Assembly (NCBI GenBank): GCA_964359735.1
Contig: CAYHTZ010000001.1
Coordinates: forward strand, 1,457 to 65,456
Direction: 5' to 3'
Source of the DNA: an uncultured Candidatus Saccharibacteria bacterium
GTDB lineage: Bacteria > Patescibacteriota > Andersenbacteria > UBA10190
Length of the DNA: 64,000 bases
Shown: piece by piece, positions 45,710 to 55,331 of the stretch
Layout of the letters: every line of letters begins with the position of its first letter
Numbering within the stretch: the first letter of the stretch is position 1
Notes under the pieces: model-generated
Database searches by the model: none
Seen by the model: the letters and a program-made list of their open reading frames with translations, nothing else
Told to the model about the DNA's origin: nothing
Translations under genes and position numbers: made by a program

Positions 45710-45721
45710 GCTACGAGAATA

Positions 45722-46072
45722 TCACTTCCGCTGCTGCTTCACCAAGAAATCATCAAGCCACTGCCGTGCTTGCTCAGAGGAAAAAATATGGTCTTCCACC
45801 CGAAATGGCGCGGCTGGTTTCTCTTTCATTTCGGAAACCGCCGGAGGTTCGGGTAAGGTCGCGGAGGAACCTGGCTGCTCTCCCCCGTTCCATCTTCGAT
45901 ACGTCCCAGTAAACCCAAACCAACCCACTGCCAGGCCAAGAGCCGCAAAAAACACAATCACCCGGAACGGCAGGTCTAAAGCAACACCTAAGGCCAGGCC
46001 CGAGAGGAGCCCAATCAGGCTCCAGGCGGCTCCGGCCGCAAACGATGGTACTTGAGGGCTCTTATTGTTCAT
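45722..46072 (-). CDS. Small membrane protein, hypothetical
   Basis: Two predicted TM helices; 116 aa. Confidence 0.4.
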   Translation of the reverse strand: MNNKSPQVPSFAAGAAWSLIGLLSGLALGVALDLPFRVIVFFAALGLAVGWFGFTGTYRRWNGGEQPGSSATLPEPPAVSEMKEKPAAPFRVEDHIFSSEQARQWLDDFLVKQQRK

Positions 46073-46140
46073 AAACGCGCCATCGTAAGCTATTGCGCCC
46101 CGTTTGGCAACAGGAGTACACTAGTGGTATACAAACGGCC

Positions 46141-46416
46141 ATGGACAAGAATAAATTCACAACCGGGCTGTTAGCACAGGTGTGGCGGGTGGACCGCCGG
46201 GGATCTGGCCGCGGAAAAGACGCGCAGCTGCGCCTGGTTCATATTGAGTTCCGCATCGAGAAAGCGCGCCGGGTGTTGCAGCAGATCGAGCAGCACGCTG
46301 AGAAAGCCCTCGAAGAGGTTGAACAAGCCCAGCGCCGCTTTGAAGCTATCAAGGATTCTTTTACCTCTCTCCAACAAGAGTGGAGAAACTGGAAAAACGA
46401 GCAGGATAACAATTAA
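46141..46416 (+). CDS. Hypothetical coiled-coil protein (track ORF 46093..46416)
   Basis: MDKNKFTTGLLAQ...KARRVLQQIEQHAEKALEEVEQAQRRFEAIKDS. Confidence 0.35.
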   Translation: MDKNKFTTGLLAQVWRVDRRGSGRGKDAQLRLVHIEFRIEKARRVLQQIEQHAEKALEEVEQAQRRFEAIKDSFTSLQQEWRNWKNEQDNN

Positions 46417-46428
46417 GACGGAATCTGC

Positions 46429-46788
46429 ATGACCGATACCGAACCCGTCATTCGTCCGGAGGATTTTAGTGGCACGCTAGAAAATTACTTGAGACGGAAA
46501 TTTGGCCTTCCCACCACTGAAGACAGCCAAGAGTCAGACATCCGGATCAGACTTGGTCCCTTCCCCAAGGAAGGAGCACCCACCGAGGAAGAAGTTGCCG
46601 AACACATCAAGCGATACTACGCGCAACCCAGTGCCCCCGGCGGTCCTTACGAATTTCGTTTGCAGAGGGGGACAGGCCTCATTTACAAGGCAGGAGACGG
46701 CAAGCCCGTGAGTATAGCTATTACTGTACTGAGTCAATCACCCAACGAAGTAGTAGTGCAAATTACGATCGTCAAAAAGCAAGATTGA
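46429..46788 (+). CDS. Hypothetical protein
   Basis: 119-aa ORF immediately after the previous ORF on the same strand. Confidence 0.4.
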   Translation: MTDTEPVIRPEDFSGTLENYLRRKFGLPTTEDSQESDIRIRLGPFPKEGAPTEEEVAEHIKRYYAQPSAPGGPYEFRLQRGTGLIYKAGDGKPVSIAITVLSQSPNEVVVQITIVKKQD

Positions 46789-46791
46789 ATC

Positions 46792-47547
46792 TTACCCCTC
46801 CTGCACAGCTCTCTTGCGCAATACAACCGGGTGACCGTGTAACTCGACGAGCGTTTCAAATCGCCGCTGTTCGGACTTAATATCCTCTTCTACCACATAA
46901 TCAATGAGTTGCTGGTCGAGAAAAATAACACTACCGTCCCTTTGGTCTCGGGACTCCACGGAATTTCCTGCTCCCATTATCAGCTGCCCAGGAGAACACA
47001 CTCGCATCATTTCCCGCGCCACGGCCCGAGCTTTCTCCTCACCAAGCACCACTCCAAAAACTGCTACCGAACGCGGCGCCAAAGCCTGATCTTCTCCATC
47101 AGGCATCCGCTGAAGAGCATCTAACACATCAGCGCGGACATTGATGTCGGGACCGTGGACAGAATACGGCACGCCTTGACTAGTCTCCTGGTTGGCCCTG
47201 GCAACTACATTAATGTTCACATGATGCTGTACTTGAACACCTACCCGCTCACGAAGTAACGCTGGGAAGGAACCTGTGCCTCCAACTTCAACAAGTACTC
47301 CCGTCGGAAAAGACTCAGCCATAACATCCTTCATTGTGTGGTCCCCAACTGTGAGCAAATGCGCTTGATGCAAAAACCCATGGTATCCTCCTGGTCTAGT
47401 GTTCACACCCAGCATGCTTGGTTCTTGCCGGATCAAGTGCTCGTCCACTCTCCTACCATCTGGGTGAGTCGGCGGCTGCCGGCTAAAAAGCGCTTCTACG
47501 TTTAAAGGTTGCGGCCTGGGCTCATGACCATTAAGTCCCTGAGACAT
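46792..47547 (-). CDS. Conserved hypothetical protein (251 aa)
   Basis: Long clean ORF; VEVGGTGSFPALL...GQLIMGAGNS glycine-rich motifs; family not recognised. Confidence 0.5.
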   Translation of the reverse strand: MSQGLNGHEPRPQPLNVEALFSRQPPTHPDGRRVDEHLIRQEPSMLGVNTRPGGYHGFLHQAHLLTVGDHTMKDVMAESFPTGVLVEVGGTGSFPALLRERVGVQVQHHVNINVVARANQETSQGVPYSVHGPDINVRADVLDALQRMPDGEDQALAPRSVAVFGVVLGEEKARAVAREMMRVCSPGQLIMGAGNSVESRDQRDGSVIFLDQQLIDYVVEEDIKSEQRRFETLVELHGHPVVLRKRAVQEG

Positions 47548-47562
47548 ACCTTCACATTATGC

Positions 47563-49362
47563 CTACCTCTTCAACACCTCAATGTAGGCGCTGGGGGGAA
47601 TGTCAACCCGGCCCTTCGAGGCCAGTTTCTTCTTGCCCTTCTTTTGCTTGGCCAAAAGTTTCTTTTTGCGGGTGACATCACCCCCATACAAATAGCCAGT
47701 GACATCTTTGCGCATGGCGGCCAACGTCTCGCGCGCCACCACTTTACCCCCGACGGCGGCTTGAATGGGGACCGCAAAGAGTTGCTTCGGGATCACTATC
47801 TTTAATTTCTCAGTCATTCGGCGCCCTATTCGCTCGGCTTTCGTGCGAGGGGTGATTACCGACAGCGCCTCCACCGGCTCAAAATTAATTAGTATTGAAA
47901 GCTTGACTACGTCCGTGAGACGCCAATCGGTTACTTCGTAACTCATTGACCCATACCCGGCCGTAGCCGATTTAAGCTGGTCGTACAGATCCACCACCAG
48001 CTCCCTGAGTGGCAAGCTGTAGCGCAACACCACGCGCTCCTTGCCTAAAAATTCCTGGTGCTCCAGTGCTCCTTCACGGTCCTTCATAATTTCAAACACC
48101 GCGCCTATGTATTCCTTCGGTACAATTACCTCCACACGCGCCAACTGTTCCTCCACTTGCTCAATCTGCCCGGCATCGGGAAATTGATCAGGTGTTTTCA
48201 CGAGAATAATCTCCCCACCCCTCACTTTCACCCGGTACATCACGCTCGGCGTGGTCACCACTACATCTAAGTTGTGCTCGCGCTTCAAGCGCTCCTGAAT
48301 AATTTCCAGGTGCAACATGCCTAAGAAGCCGCAACGGAATCCTTGCCCCAGAGCTTGGCTTCGCTCTTGCTGTGCGGCTAGGCTCGCGTCGTTTAACTGC
48401 AATTTCGCGATTGCCTCCCTCAGCAAATGAAAATCATCGCCCTGCGCCGGATATATCCCGGCAAACACCTTGGGTTGAGGAATAGTAAACCCGGCGAGCG
48501 GCTCGGCCTTAACGTCAGAGGCTATAGTATCCCCCACCCGCGCTTGCCGGATATCTTTTAAGCCCGTCGCAACATACCCTATCTCCCCCGGACCAATGCC
48601 CTCCGACGCCATCAGCTGCGGCTTAAAAAAGCCCACTTCTACCACTCGGTCACTGGCATCTGTGCTCAGAAAGCGCACTGTATCCCCCCGCGCCACGTTG
48701 CCTTCCATCACCCGCACGTACGCCACCACTCCTTTGTAATCGTCGTAAATAGAATCGAAAATAAGCGCCCGCAGACCCTCTGACATGCGGGATAGAGGAG
48801 GCTTTACTCCTGCAACTACCGCATCCAAAACCTCCCGTACGCCTTCGCCCGTTTTCGCCGAAATTTTTAGAATTTCGTTCTCGCTCACACCGAGCAAGTT
48901 CACAAACTCTTGAGTAACGCCTTCGACATCCGCCGCCGGCAAGTCAATCTTATTAATCACCGGAATCACAGCTAGGTTCTGCTCCAAGGCCAAATACAAG
49001 TTTGCCAACGTTTGCGCCTGCACGCCCTGCGTGGCGTCCACCAGTAGAATGGCCCCCTCCACCGCCTGTAAGCTGCGGCTGACCTCGTACTGGAAATCGA
49101 CATGACCGGGAGTATCAATCAGGTTCAAGACAAACGTCTTTTTACCCTGAGCGGAGTCGAAGGGCCACTCCATGCGCACAGGCTGCAGCTTAATGGTGAT
49201 TCCCTTCTCGCGCTCCAATTCCATCTGGTCCAACACTTGCTCGCGCATCTCGCGCTTCGAAATCGTTCCCGTCATCTCCAACATCCGATCCGCCAAGGTT
49301 GATTTCCCATGGTCAATGTGAGCGATTATGGAAAAGTTACGAATATTTTCTGTCTGAACCAT
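47563..49362 (-). CDS. lepA: Elongation factor 4 (LepA)
   Basis: IRNFSIIAHIDHGKSTLADRML...LIDTPGHVDF; 599 aa. Confidence 0.9.
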   Translation of the reverse strand: MVQTENIRNFSIIAHIDHGKSTLADRMLEMTGTISKREMREQVLDQMELEREKGITIKLQPVRMEWPFDSAQGKKTFVLNLIDTPGHVDFQYEVSRSLQAVEGAILLVDATQGVQAQTLANLYLALEQNLAVIPVINKIDLPAADVEGVTQEFVNLLGVSENEILKISAKTGEGVREVLDAVVAGVKPPLSRMSEGLRALIFDSIYDDYKGVVAYVRVMEGNVARGDTVRFLSTDASDRVVEVGFFKPQLMASEGIGPGEIGYVATGLKDIRQARVGDTIASDVKAEPLAGFTIPQPKVFAGIYPAQGDDFHLLREAIAKLQLNDASLAAQQERSQALGQGFRCGFLGMLHLEIIQERLKREHNLDVVVTTPSVMYRVKVRGGEIILVKTPDQFPDAGQIEQVEEQLARVEVIVPKEYIGAVFEIMKDREGALEHQEFLGKERVVLRYSLPLRELVVDLYDQLKSATAGYGSMSYEVTDWRLTDVVKLSILINFEPVEALSVITPRTKAERIGRRMTEKLKIVIPKQLFAVPIQAAVGGKVVARETLAAMRKDVTGYLYGGDVTRKKKLLAKQKKGKKKLASKGRVDIPPSAYIEVLKR

Positions 49363-49423
49363 GGCCAGACAATATCACTTCCGCCCACGTTCCGTCCACG
49401 CAAATGACACCGCTCGGCTTATC

Positions 49424-49443
49424 ACGATATTTCGTAATATCGT
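49424..49443. promoter_or_regulatory. Palindromic site downstream of TrpR-like paralog 2
   Basis: acgatat-ttcgta-atatcgt; shares the 11-mer cgtaatatcgt with 49911-49921. Confidence 0.45.
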
Positions 49444-49458
49444 ATTGCATCTCCAGGT

Positions 49459-49890
49459 TCAGTGGCCGAGCATCAGACTCACCAATAAAAAATGCAGCGG
49501 GTAACGGCGGCGTAAACTGTCAAAGGACCCCAATGTATCACCGTATCGGCGGCGAAATTCTTTCTTTTTAGTCTTAGGATCCTTCCGGAAAGTAGCCAGA
49601 ATCTGGGGATAATTATCCAAGGACTTACGTAACCACCGATCAACAGATTCAATGGTCGAAAATCCTACTCCCAGTTTGAAGCGAATATCAAAATAGGACT
49701 TTTCCTCAAGCAACATTTTCGCAATCTGCCAACGCCGGCCAACCATCGCCAACTCGCTTGGCGTGAGAAGCTGCTCAAGAAATCGTCGCACATCTTCTGT
49801 GCTCTCAAGTTTTCGAATGGACATTGCCATCTCGCGAAGCAGGTTGTCTCGCTGTACTTTCTCCAATTTCCGATAATCAAACCTTGCCAC
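49459..49890 (-). CDS. TrpR/YerC/YecD-family DNA-binding protein (paralog 2)
   Basis: LTPSELAMVGRRWQIAKMLLEEKSYFDIRFKLGVGFSTIESVDRWL; the C-terminal tail LRRRYPLHFLLVSLML parallels paralog 1. Confidence 0.6.
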   Translation of the reverse strand: MARFDYRKLEKVQRDNLLREMAMSIRKLESTEDVRRFLEQLLTPSELAMVGRRWQIAKMLLEEKSYFDIRFKLGVGFSTIESVDRWLRKSLDNYPQILATFRKDPKTKKKEFRRRYGDTLGSFDSLRRRYPLHFLLVSLMLGH

Positions 49891-49904
49891 CTAGGAATAT
49901 TACC

Positions 49905-49918
49905 ATATTACGTAATAT
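49905..49918. promoter_or_regulatory. Perfect 14-bp palindrome upstream of TrpR-like paralog 2
   Basis: atattacgtaatat, followed by cg to give an ATATCG half-site. Confidence 0.45.
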
Positions 49919-49964
49919 CGTGATAGAACAAATACCAGAGTTAACAATTGTGGATAGGCAATAC

Positions 49965-51578
49965 TTACTCCAGCAACCCGCCGAAGCGCGTGGTTTCGGT
50001 AGCCGCCAGCGGCAGGAAGCGCCGCGGAATGTAACGCCTCAGCGCCTGCAATTCTTCACACCGTAAAATCCAGCACATGAAAATATAGACCCCGACTCCC
50101 GCCCCACCCGCCACCACCAGCTGAGTAGCCACCCCCCAGAACCGCTGCATATCCACCACCGCCGCAATCGGATACTTAAGGAATTGGACGACTCCACCCG
50201 CCACCAGTGCAGCCAACACCATCCGCGCTCCGCTGCGTAGTAAATCCCGCCCATCAAAGCCATGGAGTTGCCCGCGCAAGGTCAGGATGAGGAGGAGGAG
50301 ATTCAGGACTGCGGCTGCAGAAAACGCTAACGCCAACCCCTGCACTCCCATAATGGGAGCCAAGTACACCGCCAAAAAAACGTTGACCGCAATGCTCGCT
50401 GAGGAAATAAGAACCGGGGTCATCGTGTTCTGCCGCACGTAAAACGCCCTGGTGAGAAGCGGAATCGTAGCCTGCGCAAAGATGCTCAAGGTTAACCACC
50501 CGAACGTTTCGAAAGTAAGAATGGTGTCTTCCCAGTCGAAAGCGCCGTCTCCAAAGAGAACACGAATGATTTGGGCACGCAGTAAAAAGAAAAAAACCGA
50601 GAGGGGAATAACGAAGAAGAGAATATAACGAAACGTCTGCGTGAGCGTATGCAAAAACTGGCGATGCTCCCTTCTGGCCTCATGTTCCGCCAAAGTAGGA
50701 AAAGCCGCTTGGGCAAAGGCCAAGCCAAAAATGGCTACCGGGAGAGTTTGGACGTTGTTAGCCAGGTGAAATGCGCTAATGCTCCCTGCCAGCAGCGTTG
50801 AGCCGATGATAGTCACAATCAGAAGGTTAATTTGCTGAGCCGCTAAACCAAAAACACGCGGCACCAACATACGCCAGAGCGCCGTGAGATCCTTGCTTCC
50901 CCAACGGATGTCGGATCGCCAACGAAAGCCAGATCTCCATACGCTCGGGAACTGTACCAGCATATGCAAGAACGCTCCGAGCACCACCCCCCACCCCAAC
51001 CCCGTCACGCCCATCATCGGAACCAGAGCGAGCACGCCAAAAATAATTCCCACGTTGTACAAAATGGGAGCGAGCGCATACATCACAAATTTTTTGAAAG
51101 AGTTTAAGATCCCAGAGAACACAAAACTGATCGAGAGAAGAATCGGCTGCCAGGCCATGATGCGCGAGAGCAAAATGGTAAGTTCCAGTTTCTCGCCGGT
51201 GAAACCAGGAGTGATCAGCGGCACAATCCTGTCCGCCAGCAGCGCATACGCCGCCATACAGGCAGCCACGATCAGAAGGACGGCATTCAGAACAGCTAGT
51301 GCGAAATCAAACGCCCGCTTCTTGCCTTCCTTCCCCTGAACCAATTTATCCGTAAAAAGCGGAATAAAGGTGGCGGACAGCGCACCTACCACTACCAAGT
51401 TAAATACGAGGTCGGGAATACGAAAAGCGGCCACAAATGCGTCGAACGTATCCCCCGCGCCAAACGTAGTCGTAAAGACACGCTGCCGCACGAGCCCAAC
51501 CAGTGCGCTGGCCAGCGAGGAAGCGCCCAAAACGAGAGCTGCACCTACCACCGAACCATTCTTCGTGGACTCTGACAT
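49965..51578 (-). CDS. murJ: Lipid II flippase MurJ
   Basis: 537 aa, 14 TM segments; FRIPDLVFNLVVVGALSATFIPLF. Confidence 0.8.
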   Translation of the reverse strand: MSESTKNGSVVGAALVLGASSLASALVGLVRQRVFTTTFGAGDTFDAFVAAFRIPDLVFNLVVVGALSATFIPLFTDKLVQGKEGKKRAFDFALAVLNAVLLIVAACMAAYALLADRIVPLITPGFTGEKLELTILLSRIMAWQPILLSISFVFSGILNSFKKFVMYALAPILYNVGIIFGVLALVPMMGVTGLGWGVVLGAFLHMLVQFPSVWRSGFRWRSDIRWGSKDLTALWRMLVPRVFGLAAQQINLLIVTIIGSTLLAGSISAFHLANNVQTLPVAIFGLAFAQAAFPTLAEHEARREHRQFLHTLTQTFRYILFFVIPLSVFFFLLRAQIIRVLFGDGAFDWEDTILTFETFGWLTLSIFAQATIPLLTRAFYVRQNTMTPVLISSASIAVNVFLAVYLAPIMGVQGLALAFSAAAVLNLLLLILTLRGQLHGFDGRDLLRSGARMVLAALVAGGVVQFLKYPIAAVVDMQRFWGVATQLVVAGGAGVGVYIFMCWILRCEELQALRRYIPRRFLPLAATETTRFGGLLE

Positions 51579-51599
51579 GGGTCGATTGTAGCAGGCCGC

Positions 51600-54137
51600 C
51601 TACCGGCGCTCAAACACGGCACCTAAAACGAGATCTTGTGAGAGTTCTCCCCGAAAGACCAGTTCGCTCGCGCTCACTGGCGTAACACCATTTTCAGGAA
51701 TGTGCGTGATCATACGCATCTCTTCCGGCAACTGTAGCGCCACTCGCAGCGAGGTGCGCGCCTCTCCCGGCTGCTTCGCTATATACGTAGAGAGGCGTGA
51801 AGCTTCATCAATCATGCCGGGCATTGCGAGTCGGCCAGGTAACTGGTAGCGCAAAAACGTCTCGTTCGTTTGCCCAGGTGGAGTGATCACCCAATTCGCA
51901 AAAAAAGTATAGCCAGCTTCCCGGCCAACCATCGTTCCGCTCTTGTGGGCTACCTGTCCACGCTGCCACTCGGCAACATCGGCATCTACTGAAAGTGGTA
52001 TCCCCTCTTCTGCCTCAACTAATCGCGGCACCGTGGCCGCCGGCGAAAACCCCCGCGCTTCGATAAGCGTGGCTCCCGCTGGGACCAGAACTCGCTGATA
52101 AACAATGTTATCCTTCACCGCCGGGTCTTCTCCAGGTGAATACGGATAGTCTCCTTTCTCACTCGGTCCACGGTGGGTGCGCCGGACGGCGACTGTCGCC
52201 GCGGCAGTTCCATCGCTGTCCACCTCCAGGCGGTAATCAATTTCCTGTTCTATAAACTGATCGCTTTTATGGCCGCCAATATTCGCATTATTGACCATCA
52301 GGAAATGCGGCGCGTCAGGCGGTAGTTTTCCTCCCCACCCTAGCTCCACGACCTTCTTCTGTAATTCATCATCTCGAAAAAAGAGGAGTAAGTGCTTCTG
52401 GGCTAAGTTACGAGTTAACACCGAGAGCAGAGCGAGCGGTTCTGTCTCCTCGGCTTGAAAGAGACGATTGAGTAAAATAGGTGTCAAGTCAGCCAAAAAT
52501 TGCTTAGGCCGGTTAAGACTTCTGTCATACTCGTACGTTACTTCCCGCTGGGTAACTTCCGTAAAATTATCAGCGGTAACCACCACATCATAGCCAGGCA
52601 TGGAAATCGGGCCGGCCGCTCGGAGCAAATCCTGAATAACCTGGGGCGTGAGTAAAATTACGCCATCAACTGTTTGTCCCCCTTCCTTCTCGAAGAACTG
52701 AGCTGCCTTCGCGGCGCTCACGGCGTAATCGACAAACCAGTTAGAGTCGCGCAGATACCATCGATTGACAATGGGTGTGAGTGGATCAGGCGGAGCGATG
52801 AAATCCTTCAGCTGGCCGTCTCCTTCGTATACAGTCTTAACATCGATCTCCTCAACTACCCCTTGATCGATGCTAATGAGGCCCAAACTTCCGATAAAGC
52901 CTCCCACCGGCCGCAGTTCATGGTTATTCGCAAATAGTACAAGGTATTCTCGTTCCCGTTCATGCCCCAACAACGTCAGGAAACCATCCGCTTGTTCGTC
53001 AAACTGGGCCAGCAGCGTTCGAATCCGGGGCAGAGCTGCCGCAATTCCCTTTACATCAGTCTGAACCTCGGCCGGTAACAGGCTGCTTTGCACAACCGCA
53101 AATTCCTTTTCAGCATGGGCCAAGAGATCTTCAGCTTGCATAAACTCACTCCGCGCCTGCCGAGTGGCCGCTATCAGCGAATTACTCTCGCTTGAAGCCT
53201 CTTTATTAATCAGGACATCGGCGGAAAGAAGCGCCGCTAGCGCCCGTGAAACATGCTGCCCCGCCTGAGTAAGCGCCTCTCCCCCGGCGAGCAATGCTTC
53301 TCCAGAACGAACTGTGCCGGTGACATCTACGAGCTTAAGAGCATGCCGGGAAGTTGAGAGAGCACCTTCCAGCTCAGCCCTGGCGGAAGCAATAATCACT
53401 TCAGCGTCAGCAAAGGCAGTTTCACTGCGAGCAAAGTCGGCTTCCGCTAAAGCCGACCGTGCACTCGTAAGACGCGCTAACGCCTGTTGGGCCTGGTGCT
53501 CCACGCTTCGAAAAACTTTCCAGCCCTGCCCCGCACCCTGCAAGTTCCAGATCACGCCGGTCGCAAAAAGACAGCCCGCCAGCAGCAAGCTAAGATTGAG
53601 CGAGCCTATCGGGACTTTTTTTTTAGCCACCACGCGACGGGGGGTACCCTCTTCAACATGGGACCTCCCAAACAGCGCCATCGGCCAAACACTTATGTGA
53701 AATGGCAACCGTAGCGCACGTTTTGGCTCAGCAATCACTCTGGGAGAAGCCACGGCTGCCGGCTGTACCGAAGTAGCAGGCGCCCGAGGGAAATCATGTT
53801 GCGGCCACTGCCTGGCTCTGCCGCCACGATCCAAGGCACCTTTCATAATCGAACCCATGTAGGGGGGCGAGATCAAACGCAACTGCGGCCGGCTCCCGCG
53901 CTCTACCTCCCTCCGACGGCGCTCCGCTCGGGTCGCTGGCTCACCGACAATGCGCTGCGTATTGAGCGGCCGGCGGCGGAAGCCTTGCACCGCCAGCTGC
54001 TGCCTCGCGGACTTACGCAGCCTGGCCGGTAACTTCCACTGTATTTTCAAAACGTGTCGACTAGCTCGAGAACGCGAGGGCGGCCTGCCCCGCGCCGCGG
54101 CGCTCTGCGGAGTGGAGTAGGGAACCACATCAAGCAT
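51600..54137 (-). CDS. Large membrane-anchored extracytoplasmic protein (DUF4012-like?); true start probably an internal Met
   Basis: Basic N-terminus, single TM (SLNLSLLLAGCLFATGVIWNL), long coiled-coil region, about 500-aa C-terminal domain. Confidence 0.5.
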   Translation of the reverse strand: MLDVVPYSTPQSAAARGRPPSRSRASRHVLKIQWKLPARLRKSARQQLAVQGFRRRPLNTQRIVGEPATRAERRRREVERGSRPQLRLISPPYMGSIMKGALDRGGRARQWPQHDFPRAPATSVQPAAVASPRVIAEPKRALRLPFHISVWPMALFGRSHVEEGTPRRVVAKKKVPIGSLNLSLLLAGCLFATGVIWNLQGAGQGWKVFRSVEHQAQQALARLTSARSALAEADFARSETAFADAEVIIASARAELEGALSTSRHALKLVDVTGTVRSGEALLAGGEALTQAGQHVSRALAALLSADVLINKEASSESNSLIAATRQARSEFMQAEDLLAHAEKEFAVVQSSLLPAEVQTDVKGIAAALPRIRTLLAQFDEQADGFLTLLGHEREREYLVLFANNHELRPVGGFIGSLGLISIDQGVVEEIDVKTVYEGDGQLKDFIAPPDPLTPIVNRWYLRDSNWFVDYAVSAAKAAQFFEKEGGQTVDGVILLTPQVIQDLLRAAGPISMPGYDVVVTADNFTEVTQREVTYEYDRSLNRPKQFLADLTPILLNRLFQAEETEPLALLSVLTRNLAQKHLLLFFRDDELQKKVVELGWGGKLPPDAPHFLMVNNANIGGHKSDQFIEQEIDYRLEVDSDGTAAATVAVRRTHRGPSEKGDYPYSPGEDPAVKDNIVYQRVLVPAGATLIEARGFSPAATVPRLVEAEEGIPLSVDADVAEWQRGQVAHKSGTMVGREAGYTFFANWVITPPGQTNETFLRYQLPGRLAMPGMIDEASRLSTYIAKQPGEARTSLRVALQLPEEMRMITHIPENGVTPVSASELVFRGELSQDLVLGAVFERR
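53616..53624. repeat. T9 (A9 on the coding strand) homopolymer inside the CDS
   Basis: gggactttttttttagcc encodes VAKKKVP just before the TM anchor. Confidence 0.6.
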
Positions 54138-54166
54138 AGCATTCAGTATATATCAGTTTTGAATTT

Positions 54167-54195
54167 CCTGCCCCGCGAAGCTTCAGCGAAGTGGG
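54167..54195. repeat. Family B element, copy 6, overlapping the 3' end and stop codon of the GT4 gene
   Basis: cctgccccgcgaagcttcagcgaagtgggg; host frame reads ...T P L R TGA. Confidence 0.8.
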
Positions 54196-55328
54196 GTGCG
54201 TTCCGACTTTTGAGCCTTGGCATACACCTCAAGCGTGGCTCTGGCACAATCGTCCCAAGAAAACTGCTGCGCTCTCTCCTTGCCCTGTGCAATGAGCCTT
54301 TCTCTGACTGCTGAATCAGTGACAATGTGCTTGAGCGCCCGCACTATACCCGGCACGTACTCGGGGTTCACAAGCCGAGCCGCTCCCTCCATGATTTCCG
54401 CTGACCCAGCCACATTAGAGGTAATAACGGGCGCACCCGCCGCTGCTGCTTCCAGCGCGGGCAGCCCGAACCCCTCGTAGAGGCTGGGGAGTAAGAGGCA
54501 CACTGATTCAGCATACAACGCCGGCAAAAGCTCTTCCGGCACAAATCCAGGGAAAACAACGTGCTTTGTGATCCCGAAGCGCTGGACTAACTTCACCATA
54601 TTGATATACCGGGGCCGAGGCTTGCCAATTAAGACAAGTTTCAGCTGGGGCATGTGCTCGCGTACCTGAGAAAAAGCAGTCAAAAGGCGCGGCAAATTCT
54701 TGTGGCTCATCCAAACACCCACGTAGAGCACAAATGGATCGCGGGATCCTATCAGGGCGCGCACCTTTGCCTTATGGGTGGCGCTCACGGGCTGGAAAAA
54801 TTGCTCATCGACTCCCTCGTATATAACCGACGGCCGTGGGAGCTTGAGAGGTAAGCGCTCTAATTCCTCCCGCGTGGTTTTCGAAACGCAGATCACTGCT
54901 CGAGCGCGGACCACCGCCCGGGCAAATACCAATTCATACACAAATTGCTTAAGTAAGCTCTGTTGTATCTGTCCCGGAAAAAGAAACCGCGTGGCATCGT
55001 GGATTGTCACCACATATGGCTTACGAAATAACATAGGCACGTTGAAATGGGTAAAGTGAAAAAGATCAGCCTTCACCGCTTCTGCTTGCCTCCAAAAAAC
55101 AGTTTGTTCTTTAACCGAGTAGTATTCGCCTTCGACTGCCACGACCGAAAAGCGATCGTGCAATAAATGCTGCCGGCGAAAGGTTTCAAACTCGGCGCGG
55201 TCCGCGCGCGGCAGCAGCACCACATATTCGTGTCCTACCGGCGTCCGGCTTAGGCTCGCAAGCAGCGAGCGCGTATACCGCCCTAAGCCCGGCCAGCCAA
55301 ATGCCCGAGCATCAATAGCAACCTTCAT
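54183..55328 (-). CDS. GT4 glycosyltransferase
   Basis: MKVAIDARAF N-terminal domain; C-terminal LYEGFGLPALEAAAAGAPVI. Confidence 0.7.
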   Translation of the reverse strand: MKVAIDARAFGWPGLGRYTRSLLASLSRTPVGHEYVVLLPRADRAEFETFRRQHLLHDRFSVVAVEGEYYSVKEQTVFWRQAEAVKADLFHFTHFNVPMLFRKPYVVTIHDATRFLFPGQIQQSLLKQFVYELVFARAVVRARAVICVSKTTREELERLPLKLPRPSVIYEGVDEQFFQPVSATHKAKVRALIGSRDPFVLYVGVWMSHKNLPRLLTAFSQVREHMPQLKLVLIGKPRPRYINMVKLVQRFGITKHVVFPGFVPEELLPALYAESVCLLLPSLYEGFGLPALEAAAAGAPVITSNVAGSAEIMEGAARLVNPEYVPGIVRALKHIVTDSAVRERLIAQGKERAQQFSWDDCARATLEVYAKAQKSERTPLR

Positions 55329-55331
55329 TTC

